DNA of 64,000 nucleotides, from NCBI GenBank assembly GCA_013239625.1, contig MU053873.1, positions 3,052,524-3,116,523 on the forward strand. Direction: 5' to 3'. The notes beneath the pieces were generated by a model. It had not been told where the DNA came from. It worked only from the letters and a program-made list of their open reading frames with translations, and did not search any database. The DNA is from Lama guanicoe. Taxonomy: Eukaryota. Shown here one piece after another: positions 24,790 to 37,003 of this stretch (position 1 is its first letter; every line of letters starts with the position of its first letter). The position numbers and the translations under genes were made by a program.

Positions 24790-25340
24790 CTTTCTTTCCT
24801 CCTGTTCTCTCTTCCTCCCCTCCTTCTGCCTGCAAATATTTATGGAGTCTCTGCTGTGCACCGGCTATGCAGCTGACTCTGGGGAATTGCTAATAAGCAG
24901 GGTGATGTGATCTCTGCCCTCAAGGAGGTTACAGTCTAGCAGAAAAGACTAGAAAAATGAGTAAACCAGGGAACACATTAGTAATTATGAATTGCCTTAA
25001 GTGCTGCCAAAAAAAGTAAAAGGGACAGTGAAAGAGACCTGTGGAGGGGGCTGCACTGGAGGAAATCAAGGAAGGCTTTCATGAGGAGGTGACATTTAAG
25101 CTGGAACCCAAATGATGAGGAAGGAGGTGGGGGGAAAACATTTCACAGAGGGAACACCACAGAGATAGGCTTGAAGTTGAATGAGAGATAAAAATGAAAG
25201 CTGTCCAGGGTGGCTAGAGTCTGGAGAATGGGGCATCACAGGATGATGTGGGACGTCAGTGGGGTCTGGAGGCCAAGATAAGACTTTGGATTTTATTACA
25301 AAGTCAATAGGAAGCTTTGGATGGTTTTAAACAGGAAGCC
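24790..25340 (-). mobile_element. L2 LINE fragment
   Basis: GCAAATATTTATGGAGTCTCTGCTGTGC...TCTGCCCTCAAGGAGGTTACAGTCTAG...GAGGAGGTGACATTTAAGCTG. Confidence 0.8.
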
Positions 25341-25355
25341 AATGCTCCCTTTAAA

Positions 25356-25953
25356 TAGAAATTAAACTCTTAATTCTGAGAGAGTTGTAGATTCATGTGC
25401 AGTTGTAAGGAATAATACAGAGATCTCATGTACCTTTACCCAGTTCCCTGCAGTGGTGACATCTTGCAGAACTAGACTACAGCAGCACAGCCTGGATGTT
25501 AGCACCAAAACAGTCAAGACACAGGATTGCTCCATCACCACTCACTCACTGAAGGACATCTGGACTGTTTCCAGGTTTTGACAATTACAAATAAAACTGC
25601 CATAAACAATCCTGTGCTGGTTTTTGTGTGGACATACTTTTTCATTTCTGTGGAACAAATGCCCAAGAATGAGATTGCTGGATCTTATGATATTTCCATA
25701 TTTAGTTTTATAAGGAACTGCAAAACTGTGTTCCCCAGTGGCTGTCTCATTTTACATTCCCACCAGCAATATATGAATGATTCAATTTCTCCACATCTTT
25801 GCCAGCATTTGGTGTTGTCATTTTTTTTAAGCCATTCTGATTGGTGTATAGTGCTATCTCATTGTGGTTTTAACATGCATTTCCCTAATGGCTAATGACA
25901 CGGAACATCTTTTCATATGCTTGTATACTGTCTGTATATCCTCTGTAGCAAAT
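25356..25953 (-). mobile_element. Old LINE-1 3' end (L1MC/MD-like), internally deleted
   Basis: TTGTAGATTCATGTGCAGTTGTAAGGAATAATACAGAGATCTCATG...; degenerate direct flanks CAATGCTC(C/T)(C/T)TT at about 25340 and 25954. Confidence 0.8.
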
Positions 25954-26529
25954 CAATGCTCTTTTGAAAATTTACCACTATGCTTTCTCCCTTAATGAGA
26001 CGTGAGAGCAGGAACTGACCCATGGGTGATGCTTAATAAACGCTCCTTAGATGAACAGACTCAGAATCAGGAGCATCATCACAGCCCGGACATGGCTGGC
26101 CCTGGATCAGTACCCCTCCTGCAACTCAGACCCTGATGCTTAAGGCACAAACCTCATCCCTGTTCAACTGGCAAGCAGCTGACAGCATCAGTGAACTCCA
26201 CTAGGGAGGATCTGACGCCCAGAGACTTGCGCTCACTGTATAATTAGGTCTAGCAAAGCTTATGAATGTAGTCCCAGATTATAATCACTTTTTAATTATA
26301 TTTACCTTGGTCTGTAGAGAGGTGAGGTATATTACTGGCTCTGGGAGGTAACAATTCAAATCTTCATCCAAAGAGGCGGGTGCCCTGAGGAGGATGCACA
26401 AGCAGAAATGAAGAAATTTAAAAAATGATCTGCAGACACAGAACTCTGACTTTCAGAATGAGTCTCAGATTCTGAGGCCAGGAAGTCAAAGGTCTCAATA
26501 TTTTCCATTCTCAGGGCACCAGGAAGGTG

Positions 26530-26780
26530 GAAGTCTGATAACTGAGTTAAGACCTTGAGTGCTATGTGCTGGGTGCTTGGCTAAGCATTTTCCCTAAGTA
26601 TCTTAGTTAGTTAATCTGCAAAAGTGACTCTGGAAGTTAGAAAACATTAGTATCATTCCCATTTTACAGAGGAAACTGAGGAACAGAGAGGGTAAGTGGC
26701 TTATCCAGGGTCACACAGCCAGGGAGGGCCAGGACCAGAATTCAAATTCAGCTCTGCCAGATGTTAGAGCCCTTGTCGGG
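26530..26780 (-). mobile_element. MIR SINE
   Basis: CCCATTTTACAGAGGAAACTGAGG...GGTCACACAGCC. Confidence 0.8.
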
Positions 26781-27554
26781 AGCTCCAGTGCTGCAGCCCA
26801 CTGTGACCCTGCTTTCCTACAGCTGGATTTTCTTATTAACACCCTCTGCATTCCCTGCACTCCCTGCTCACCCTCATTGGCTTAGGAGATGTCACTCTGA
26901 ACAGGTTGTTTAGTGCTTTCTTCCCTCCTACAGAGACCAAAGCAGGGAACATGGCAGGGCTAACGGGCTGCCCCTTCTCATGAGCTTCTGCCCAGCCCCT
27001 GCTCCCTGCTCCCCCCTGGTCTCAGTCTCAGCTTGCCTCGTATTTCAGGCTGGACACTCAGAATCAAAAACCATGATGTTTGGTGGGAGATGAGTACCCT
27101 CTTATCCAAACTTGAGGAGGGATTCATGTTTAGGTATTTTCTCCTCCTCTAGTTATCTGCAAATCATAATAATCCGCTATCAGGGTTGTCAAACCTGAGT
27201 CTAAATTCCATGTCACTGAGGTTACTTTTTTGGGTGGCTCTGGGCAAATGAATCCTGCCCCTCACTCCACCTTGTCTGAGTCCCAGTTTCCCCAGCTGTA
27301 GAATACAGAGAATAGATGTATCCGGCTCTCAATGGCCTCTCTTCCTGGAATACTCTTTCCTTCCATTTCCATCTGTCAGTTTCTTTCCATCTTCCAGGCC
27401 CATCCTGGGTTCCACTTTATTCAGGAAGCCTACTCTAATTCCTTTCCCCCTCTGCTCACCTAGTGTGTACTTCCCATATTTGTCACAGCATGAAATCCTT
27501 ATACCTCAGATGCCAGGTCGTTCGTTTCTTAGGAATATTGCCTAGCAATTTCAA

Positions 27555-27705
27555 CCCATCCATCTATCTGCCCATTTCTCCATCCATCCATCCACCCTTC
27601 TATTCATCCATCCATTCAACTACCCATCTCTACATCTATTTATCCACCCATCCATCCATTTGTTTGTTCTTTAATTTTTAAAATTCATTCATTCATTCAT
27701 TCATA
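27555..27705. repeat. Degenerate (TCCA)n / (ATTC)n simple repeat
   Basis: Visible CCATCCATCC and ATTCATTCATTC runs. Confidence 0.8.
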
Positions 27706-27728
27706 AAAGATTTATTGGCCTTTACTCA

Positions 27729-27858
27729 GTTATGGTTACTTTTTTATATGTCAGTTTGACAAGGCCATGGTACTCAGATATTTGGTTAAACACCCGTGTA
27801 AATATCACTATGAAGGTATTTTTAAAGATGAGATTAACATTTAATCAGTAGACTTTGG
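27729..27858 (+). mobile_element. MLT2-like ERVL LTR 5' fragment
   Basis: TTATGGTTACTTTTTTATATGTCAGTTTGAC...CAGATATTTGGTTAAACAC...GATGAGATTAACATTTAATCAGTAGACTTTG. Confidence 0.75.
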
Positions 27859-28479
27859 GAACCCTCAGCTTGGGGACTAAAGATTGAAGCCACTGGTTTG
27901 GGTGGGATCTTCCAGCGGAGTTTTGGGTAGGGAGGATATTGAGCATACTGAATCCATGGAAAGCATTGTTACTTAGTGATAAAAACAACAGAGAAGAACC
28001 TTGGTAGAAAGAGGAATACGAAGAAAGGACCAAAGAGGTATGAATGAAACCAAGAATTGTTTCAGAGGCTAACGGAAAAGGAGTTATATGGAAAGGTGCT
28101 ATTAAAAGTATAAAGTGGCATAAAGAGGTCAAATCATAGCTTTGAAATCCAATTCAGCAGAGCTGACTTACTTAGATCACTTCCCTTCTGTGTGCTTTGG
28201 TTTAATCATCCAGAGATGGAAATAAAATATACCTTTGTAGGACCATTATGAAAATTCAGACAATGTTAATGGTCTAGCAGCTTGACACACAGTAGGTACT
28301 TAATAAGTGATATTTCCCATCATGCCCCCATGGTAGGCTTAACAATAAATGTTTCCAACTAAAAGAGGACCAGAGTGTTCTCTGTGTGTGCACATCTCAT
28401 TTTTTATTTTCACATGTAAAAATGGTAAGTGTTGTGGAAAAGGCAGTGTGGATAGGTTGGGTGATTTTTCCTTGCATGG

Positions 28480-28800
28480 TCTGGGCTGTCAGGGACTGAC
28501 ATCTCAGGTTTAGACTCTGTACTAACTGTCATCTGACACTCCCAAAAGCCAGCTCAGAGTGAACTCCCACGGTGATGAGACTGGCACCCGTGCCCTTGGC
28601 ATGCACCCTATCTGCTGCCGACGCAAGGGCTGAGTGTCAGAGCTGTCAACGGAGCCTCTTATTCAAGCAGTGAATTCCCCGAAAATTGGGTGTGTGTATA
28701 TAATTATCAGAGATGTAGATCCTGACATTAAAACAAACTGTCTCGAACCCCCATCATCTCGAAGGATGACAGTTGAGGAGGGAGATGACATGTCAGCAAT
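28480..28800. promoter_or_regulatory. Candidate enhancer: cluster of 10 TGACA/TGTCA (TALE homeodomain MEIS/PKNOX/TGIF-type) sites
   Basis: Sites start at 28487, 28497, 28527, 28534, 28635, 28644, 28723, 28767, 28786, 28791 in apparently unique sequence. Confidence 0.45.
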
Positions 28801-29200
28801 GATTAGGGAAGGCATACAACTCAGCACACTGGGGGATGCATACAGCAGAAAAATAGAGGAGGCATTTAATAGCACAGATTATGTTTTTAATTACTTTAGC
28901 AAACGAACTGTTCTTGTGCTCTGGTAATGCTGTTAGAGGAGCCACCCCCGTGTTCCCAGGCTGCGTCTGAGTAACCACCAGGATGGGGGCTGATTTTGGG
29001 AAGTCAGAGAGCTCCTAAGGGACCACAACTGGGCTTACGGGTGACATCCTCTTCCCAGGGAATTCTCTGCCCCATCCATCTATGGGGCATTTGGATCATT
29101 ACCAGCAGTGTGGTTAAAAGCACCAATGCTGGAGGCAGCCTCACGGGACTTGAAGTTGATCCCTGCTATTTATTAACCATGTGATCTTGGATAAGCCAAC

Positions 29201-29640
29201 TGTTACGGGTTGAATTGTGCCCCTCCCCCAATTTATATGCTGAATTTCTAATCTCAGTATCTCAGAATGTGACTTTATTTGGAAATAGGGTCACTGCAGG
29301 TGTCATTAGTTAAGATGAGGTCATGCTGGAGTCGGGTGGGGGCTCCTAATTCAAGGTGACTGGTGTCCTTATCAAAAGGGAAAATTTGGACACAGATACA
29401 GAAAGAGGCAGAGACCAGAGTGATGCTTCTACAGCAAGGGAAGGCCAGAGGTGGCCAGCAACCCATCAACAGCGGGGGAGGAAGCAGGGAACAGATTCCC
29501 CCTCCGAGCCTTGGAAGGAGCCAAGCCTACCAACACCTTGACCTCAGACTTCTAGCCTCCAGAACCAGGAGACACTGTTTCTGTGATTCTATCACCCAGT
29601 CTGTGGTACTCGGTTACGGCAGCCCTTGGACATCAATACA
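29201..29640 (+). mobile_element. MLT1B/C-like MaLR solo LTR inserted into a MIR
   Basis: TGTTACGGGTTGAATTGTG start, AATACA end; 5-bp flanks CCAAC/ACAAC; MIR halves at about 29103-29200 and 29646-29800. Confidence 0.9.
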
Positions 29641-30640
29641 ACAACTCTACCTCTCTGAGCCTCTGTTTCCTGTTCTGTAAAGATAAGGATAGTATCTAGA
29701 CATCATGGTGATGCTGTGAGGATTAAACGTACTTTATGTAAAGCACGTTAAACCAGCTACACAAGTCCTCAGTCACTATAAGCTGTTGGTTTAATTACTG
29801 AAACCCTTTTGGAAGAGGGTGCTTTGAAGAAGAATTAAGAGAGGAGGACCAACTTGGATCAGAGGCTTAACATGTACTGGGAGCCATTCTCAGTCCCTTA
29901 CAAATACCTTGTTTCATTTGATACTTACAGCAAGAAGGCATTTTAATTCCATTTACTCACACAAAACATTGAGGCTCAAAGAGGTGACGTGTCATCATAC
30001 TGAGGTCATGCAGGCTGTAATATTTGAACCACGGGCATCTGACTTGGAAGGCAAGAGCTACACCTTCTGCTAACTTAATGCCTCCATGGCACTAACACTG
30101 AAAACTTTAACACTGTGCTCTTGGGTTGGGGGGAAGGCAGCAGTGACAGCAAGGAAACAAGCAGCCTAAATTGTGAGAAGTCCCTGGGGCTGGGTGGAGC
30201 AGATGTGGGTTCAGAACTCAGGGCCATCACCCTCTGGCTTTCTGACCATGGACCAGTCACTTCCCCATCCCATGAGCCTTAATTTTACCATCTGTGGAAT
30301 GGGAACAATGACTGCACTGAAGTATGGTGAAGATTCCATTTGGCAATGTAGAGGAGGCTCCTGGCCCGTGATGGGCACTCAGTAAATCCTCATTATTATT
30401 ATGATTCTCAGGTGAGAACACACATTATATGCATGCTATGCCAGGATGTGGGCCTCAGTTTCCTTATCTATAAGATGGGGGCTATTAGTCATCTTAATTC
30501 TTCAAGATGGTCCCTTTTGATATTCCCATTTAGTTGATGAGTTCTGATTTTAAAGCCCTTGCTTATACAGAAATGGGAGATTGGCGGCCCCCGTGACCAA
30601 ATTCTGTGCATCCACAATTTCTCTGAGCCTCCATGTGTTT

Positions 30641-30960
30641 GTGTGTTCCAGTTACTATGGCTGCATAATAAATGACCCCAGAACTCAGTCAAACCACCAC
30701 TGATACGCTCATGGATTCTGGGGCTGGTGATTCAGACCAAAGCACAGCAGGGATGGCCTGTCTGCTCTATGATGCCTGGGGTCTCAGCTGGAAGACTTGA
30801 AGGCTGGGGCTGAAACCATCTTGAGTCTCATTTATTCCTAAAACAAGCGGCTGATGCAGACTATTGGCTGCAGGGTCAGTTCTCTGCACGGCTCACTAGG
30901 GGGTCTCTCAGCATGGGTTGGTTTGGGTTTCCTCCTAGCATGATGGCTGGGTTCCAAATC
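30641..30960 (-). mobile_element. MLT1-type MaLR LTR fragment
   Basis: GTGTTCCAGTTACTATGGCTGCATAATAAATGACCCCAG...GGGGTCTCAGCTGGAAGACTTGAAGGCTGGGGCTG. Confidence 0.75.
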
Positions 30961-31357
30961 GAAGAGAGGAGAAGAGAGAGAGAAGGAGGAGGGAAGGGAA
31001 GGGAAGAAGGAGAGCAACCTCTTCCCTCAATGACAGAGGGCTGAGGGTTTCTGAAAGTCCCAGCACTGGGCTGGAGATGGCAGGAGGCTCAGAAAAGGAT
31101 GGGGACGAAGCTGTCAGCTAGGAATGCGGCAGTGGGTTTGGAAAGGATGCGAGGTTTTCCTGAGACAAATGGCAAGAATCAGAATGGAGGGGAAGCAGAG
31201 AGGATGGAGGGGTCGCAGCTGTGGGGAGCACGGAGAGGGAAGCAGCTGAGCTGAGGCTGGTCAAGGCAGAGCCGGGGCTAAGCCCTGTGCATGGCAACTG
31301 AGTGATGAGAGCGGGGGAAGGGAGGCTGTGTGTGTGCACATGGTGGGTGGTGTGTAA

Positions 31358-31383
31358 ACACACACACACACACACACACACAC
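31358..31383. repeat. (CA)n microsatellite
   Basis: Direct read. Confidence 0.95.
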
Positions 31384-32509
31384 GTTTCTCAGCACTCATT
31401 TCAAATGCCTCGGAGGACCCTCTGCCACAGCAAACTGATCTTTTGTCGCCAGGAGATGACCCCAGTTCTCAGCCCCACAAGATGATGGGGAGATGTCTCA
31501 AGCAGCAAAGAGTGAGCAGGTCTGAACTGTGCTTGTGATGTCACATTAACAATGCACTTACTTTGTCCCAGGTGGCTTGCTGGTCCTCTGTGGACTCTGA
31601 AGCCAGGGGTGAGCTGGAGGAGGCCTTGCGCCTGCCATCCCGACTCCAGCGCAGGCTCCGGGAGATTAGACCCGCCTCCTGAAATCAAGGGGTTGGCCGC
31701 ACCCCACAGGTGCTTGTTACTTCCTGGGGCTGACCTCTCCTTTCAACAGAGCCGACCCAGTCTACAGCCTTAATAGGAAAGTCTCAGACACCCGGACCTC
31801 TTCCAGTGCCCAGGCAAAGATAGCCCCCTCCCTAAACCCGTGGCCACAACTGGCAGGAGAAGGCTGAGGCAGGGGCCTGGTGAGCCTGGGCAACCTCTCT
31901 TCCCTCCTCTCCAGTGATCCAGAACATCCGTCCCCTGCATCTTCCTAACAGCCCCATGAGAGCACGTAACCCTGTTATCAGACCCATTCCACAGATGGGG
32001 CCACTGAGGCTCAGAAAGGTGACAATCACTTGAGCAGGGTGACACATATTTAGTAAGCAGTTGAGGCTGGACAGGGCCCAAGCCGTCCTGAATCCACACT
32101 CAGCCCCAGTGCCCTAAACAACATGATGGGAAAAGGTTAAATCCGAGTGGGGATGGAGGACACTGACAGAGCCCTCAAGAGGGAGCAAAAAATCACCCAT
32201 GACTTCAGAACGGACAGGGCCATTGGTCTGGGTCTCCAAGGCTGCGCAGGAATTTGGTGAGGGAGGCGAGCAGGGGAGGGCGCGTACGTGAAAAGTTGTG
32301 GCACTGGGACAAGGTACTGGGGAGTTGGTGCAGTTGGAGGGTGGTAATTAGGTGAGGAAGGAGGGAGAGCCCAGGAGAGGAGTCAGGAACCCGATTTTAA
32401 AGGGCTTCGTGCTGCACTGAAGTGCTTGTGGGCACCGAGGGCTCAGAGGAGTCCATGGGGGGCAGCGGCAGACAGGGCTGGTTTGCTGATGGGAGGGAGG
32501 GGTGCTCCA

Positions 32510-32740
32510 GGGCTCAGAACAAGCCGAGGAGTCTGGCTGTTGCATTCAAATCCCAGGGCTGGGGCTCCTGGTTGCATATCCTTGGGTAAATTGTGTGACT
32601 TCTCTAAGCTTTGCTGTCCTCATCTGTAAAATGGGGAAGTTGATAAAAATCAGACTTACCTAGAGGCACAAACGATAGAATCCACGCCTAGCACTGATCA
32701 GGGCGTCTGGCTCACAGCAAGTGATGGATTAACATTCACC
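32510..32740 (+). mobile_element. MIR SINE
   Basis: CCTTGGGTAAATTGTGTGACTTCTCTAAG...CCTCATCTGTAAAATGGGG. Confidence 0.75.
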
Positions 32741-33439
32741 GCCATTGCCATGACTGAAGGAAATCTCTGGAGGCAGCAGTCGAGTGGCGTGAACAGCTGG
32801 GCGGACAGAGGGAGGGGATTTCAGGGGCTGCAGCGCAAGTCCAGACCAGCGGTGATGACGCCTGGCTCAAGGATGCAGCTGTGGGGACCAAGCGCGGAGT
32901 GCAGATTTGAGGGAAGTCGGGATAAGCCTTGTTTAAGTAGAGGATTCAATAAGCTCACATATACGGGACGGTTTTGTAAACTGCACACATTTGAGTATGA
33001 TGACAATTAGGGCTATTTTCATCAGCTTTATTTCTGGGCCCATCAGCTTCGGTTCTCTAGAGAGAAGATGCCATTTCATTCTCCCAGATCAAATATTTAT
33101 CAAACACAACACTGAATAAACCCAGCCAGGCCGATTTAGCATGCACTCCGTATTTTTAGTTGCCAAGTGCAACGCCTGAGATTTACCACCTTGGCTGACA
33201 TGGTTCTCGGCCTGAGACTGCTTGTCTGTGGTGGGGACTGCACGCACCCATGGTGTCAGGGCCAAGAACGCAGGACCTGGAGCCCGACTGCAAGGGTTTG
33301 AATCCTGGCTCTGCCCTTGGGCAAGTTACTAAATGAAAAGAATCCTAGCATTACTTTAGGGGGCTGTTGTAAATTCCCTGTGATGGGAGGACAGGGGCTG
33401 GGATGTGAACACATTCATCACCACCACCAGCACTGATGT

Positions 33440-33685
33440 CACCCTTCTCGGGATTTCTGTTGGTTGTGCAAAAACCATAGTTATTTTCCAGTTGAACACG
33501 TTAGGTTTGTTCACTTGCAATGGTTTATGACTGTCATTTGTAGAAGAATAAATGAATGTTTTAACAATGTGTTGATTTCTAATATGATTTTTCACAGGCA
33601 TAAAACGTCTATATACAATAGCTCATTTGGGGTCTTCCATCATTTTTAAGAGTGTAAACAGTCTTGAGGACAGCAGTTGGAGACA
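33440..33685. mobile_element. hAT-Charlie fragment (Charlie4-like)
   Basis: AATAGCTCATTTGGGGTCTTCCATCATTTTTAAGAGTGTAAAC resembles the Charlie4 terminal region as recalled. Confidence 0.55.
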
Positions 33686-34239
33686 GAAGAGAGGGGCTGG
33701 ACAGTTACAGTGTAAAGGGCATGGAAGCTCCTGGAGTTTCTCTTGGGTACCGCCCCGGGGTGTCTGGACCCCACTCCGCAATGGGGGCTGCCGATCCTGG
33801 CCAGGCGGGGCTTCCAAGATGGCAGCTGAGTGGGCCAGATGTGAGGGGAGCAGGTCTGCCCAGCCCCGCCCCATCACTGACTCCAAAACCACGGTGTGTT
33901 GACTGCCCTCCAGAAGCCGCAGCCTGAACTTAACGGTTGCTATACCACTTTATGGGCCATTAATCTCCTCTGTGTCAGGACAAAGTGCTTGGCTTGGGTC
34001 CACGCACTTGTCTGCTCCAGGAGTTGCTTTATTGTCTCTTTATTTTGGCCCCAAAGAGCACCATTCTACTAATTAAAGGGGTCTTTATTCTAGAGGCCTC
34101 TGGAGAGGGTGCACATAGAGTTATTATGCCACAGACACACTGATCCCTCATCCTAACAGGGCCCTTTTGAGAGAAGAGCAGGAACAAAAATTTTCTAAGT
34201 ATGTACTATGAGCAGGGCATGGAGTCCTGGCCTTTTCAC

Positions 34240-34625
34240 ATGTGGTTAAGAACACAGGCGTCAAGAATCAGTTCTGGCATGCTGTGTATTAGCTGTGTGG
34301 CCTTGGGCAAGTTGCAGCACCTCTCTGGTCCTAACTGTCTACAGCTGATAAAACAGCTATAATTGTCACACTGACCCTTGTAGAACTGCAGCGAGGATGG
34401 CGTAAGAACCCCCTCGAAGATGCATGCTAAGCCTCACTAATGGGTGCCTGATTCTATCCCTGATAACAGACTTCTGCTACTACCTTAGTCAACCTTCCTG
34501 ACAATGCCACAGGTAGGGGAAGAGGAGCCCAAGGCTCAGAGAGGTGAAATTAGTGTCCAAGGTTACACAGCCGGTAAGAAGAGGAGCTGGGATTGGAACC
34601 CAGTTCTGCCTGAGTCCCAAGCAAA
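34240..34625. mobile_element. Two MIR fragments in opposite orientation
   Basis: + copy GTGGTTAAGAACACAGG...AGCTGTGTGGCCTTGGGCAAGTT; - copy AGGCTCAGAGAGGTGAA...CAAGGTTACACAGC. Confidence 0.75.
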
Positions 34626-35679
34626 ACGTGCTGTGCGTGGCTCTGGCTGGGGTGGGGTGAGCTGAACCCAGGAGCTGAGAGCTCCGGCTGCCTGGCGACT
34701 CCTGCTGTTCCCATCCCAGATCTCATTTCCCCCCTTTCACCTTGAGGCCAGTGATAGGAAGCCTGACAAGAAACACAGGATCTGTGTCATCACTTTGTCT
34801 CCACGTCTACTTCTCTGTCCCTGAATGATGAGTCGGGGGTTTGCTCAGCAATGTTTTTGACTGGAGCAGCAGTCCTGTTGCGAACGGCTTTAAAATGACC
34901 CCCAAATATTTCAAATCATTTAATTTCTTTTTCCTGAAGGCTATCAATTGTAAGGACAGGGTTTAAAAAACTATTTTGATTTGCACTGAATGAAGGGATG
35001 GATGTTATGGGAACCAGGTGTGGGAGGAGGGAGGGCGATGTGGGGGGAGTGAGCCCGGGGAGGAACAATGGAGGAACATTTCCACAGAGAAGCTGCTGAA
35101 TTAAGGAATCAGGAAAATGCCCCAATTATGGTATCAAGTGGAGGGAACAGAGAGACATGAAACGTACCTTGAAAATGAACAAGGTAGTGGAAAATTTAAC
35201 ACATTCTAGATTGAGGGCTTCTACCTATTTGGAGACAAAAATCTGCCTTTATCTCCTTGATATATATACATCACCTGGGGAAGAAGAGCAATACTGTCAG
35301 ATGGTGTGTGTGTGAGACTGAGAGAGAGGAAGAAAGAAAGATACAGAGGCAGAAAGCCATGAAGAGACACAGACACAAGAAAGCGAAAGAGACGTGGCGG
35401 GGTCGAGATGGATGGATTCGGGGAATGCGCCAGGCGCAGTTCTGACTGAGGTGTCCTTGGGTCTCCGAGCCCTCCCTGTCTGTCCCAATGCCCTCTTTCC
35501 CTGTCCATCCAATCCGCCTTGGTAGGAGAGCCCAGTGGCCACTATCAGTACAGAGATATGTAACCCCCATTTCCTGCTTTGGGACACTCTGGGTATCCAG
35601 TCTATAAAGTATGGGCTGGACTTCTGCCTGGGAAGTGAGCAGCCTCGCCCCGACCCCTGTGAGAGAGGATATGGTGGAC

Positions 35680-35938
35680 AGGCCTCGTCAGAAGGTCTGA
35701 GTCCAGACCAGCTCTGCTAGGACTTGCTGTGTGATCTTGGGCAAGCTGCCCTAACCACTCTGGGCCTCACTTGTCCCACCTTTAAAATGGGAAGGCTCGT
35801 TCCTCTCCTTCCTACTTCCCAGGGCTGGCATGAGACTTTAAATGAGATCATGGTTCTCAGTAGGCTTCTAAAAGTTAAACATAAGGAGTATATATATATA
35901 TGTGTGTGCGTGTGTGTGTGTGTATATATATATATATC
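35680..35938 (+). mobile_element. MIR SINE followed by a (TA)n(TG)n(TA)n microsatellite
   Basis: GCTGTGTGATCTTGGGCAAG...TTTAAAATGGG; microsatellite at about 35889-35938. Confidence 0.75.
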
Positions 35939-36809
35939 TCTCCACAATTTTCATTTGTGGGGATCAAGGCCCACTTTGTTTCATTTCTTAGGTAACTCTC
36001 CAACTTTCCTCTTAACTGGGAGGGGTCAGTCTGGCCAGAAAAAGGATAATTGTGTTTCCAGCCGTGGGAGGAAAATGTTCAGAGAATTTATGTCTTGCTC
36101 TGTTCCAGAGGAAAACGCCTGAAACGGGCCGTGAAACTCAATGGGGTAATGGTAATATCATAATAATGATAATAAAAAAGGAAAAACAAAGCGACTCAGA
36201 TCAACTAGGATAATTTACGAGGGAAGCGCTGTGTGATTTTCTTCCTCCCTCGCAAATGTCCAGGCTCATCTCCATCACCGTCTCCTAAATGGATACAGAA
36301 ATGTCTGGCCTTGTATAGGAAGTTAAAAAATAATAAAAACATGGAAAAGATGACTACCATTGACTCATGTATTAAAGGCCTCAGAGAGGTTTAGTAACTC
36401 ACCTGGGGAAACAGGGTTGGAACTGGGTTTGAAGACTGGTGTTTAGACTAGACTCCAGGGGTCTTTCAATTAGGTGTGTATCTTGCATCAAAGCAAGAAC
36501 ACTAACATTTTGTTGGGGAGGTGACGCTGCCTGTCTCCTTGACACCTGGTGGCTTCTCACCACCCCTGCCTTCCCTAGAAAACACTTTGCTTGTAAAGAC
36601 AGATGTTCTGCCTTCCCCTTCATCAAAACTCACCTGACCAGAGTCTTATCCTTCTAGAGCTCAGCCTTCAGCCGGCTCTCACTGCATTAAAATCCAGAGC
36701 AATGATACAATACAGTATTAAAATCAAATAACTATAGGGCCAGGCAGGTGTAATGAACGTGAGAGACAATCAAATGTGAGACATTAGGGAACACTGGGGT
36801 CTGGGGCAA

Positions 36810-37003
36810 GTCTTAATTATTTAAATTAATTATCTTGATTAAAAATTTAAAAATTATCCCAAATTAAAAATTATTTTACAATTTACAATTGTAATAAATC
36901 ATCAAATTTAAATATTAAACATTAAATATGTTTAGAGAAATTATTATATTGTTCATTTAAAAAATTATTTTAAAAGTAATTATCCCAATTAAAAAAAATT
37001 AAC
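36810..37003. repeat. AT-rich low-complexity tract with degenerate internal repeats
   Basis: Very few G/C; AATTATCCCAA(A)TTAAAAA recurs at about 36852 and 36978. Confidence 0.75.

Noticed and set aside
28634..28927. 97-aa ORF with protein-like composition
   Set aside because: GTG start, no recognisable homology or convincing splice sites; better explained as non-coding motif-rich DNA
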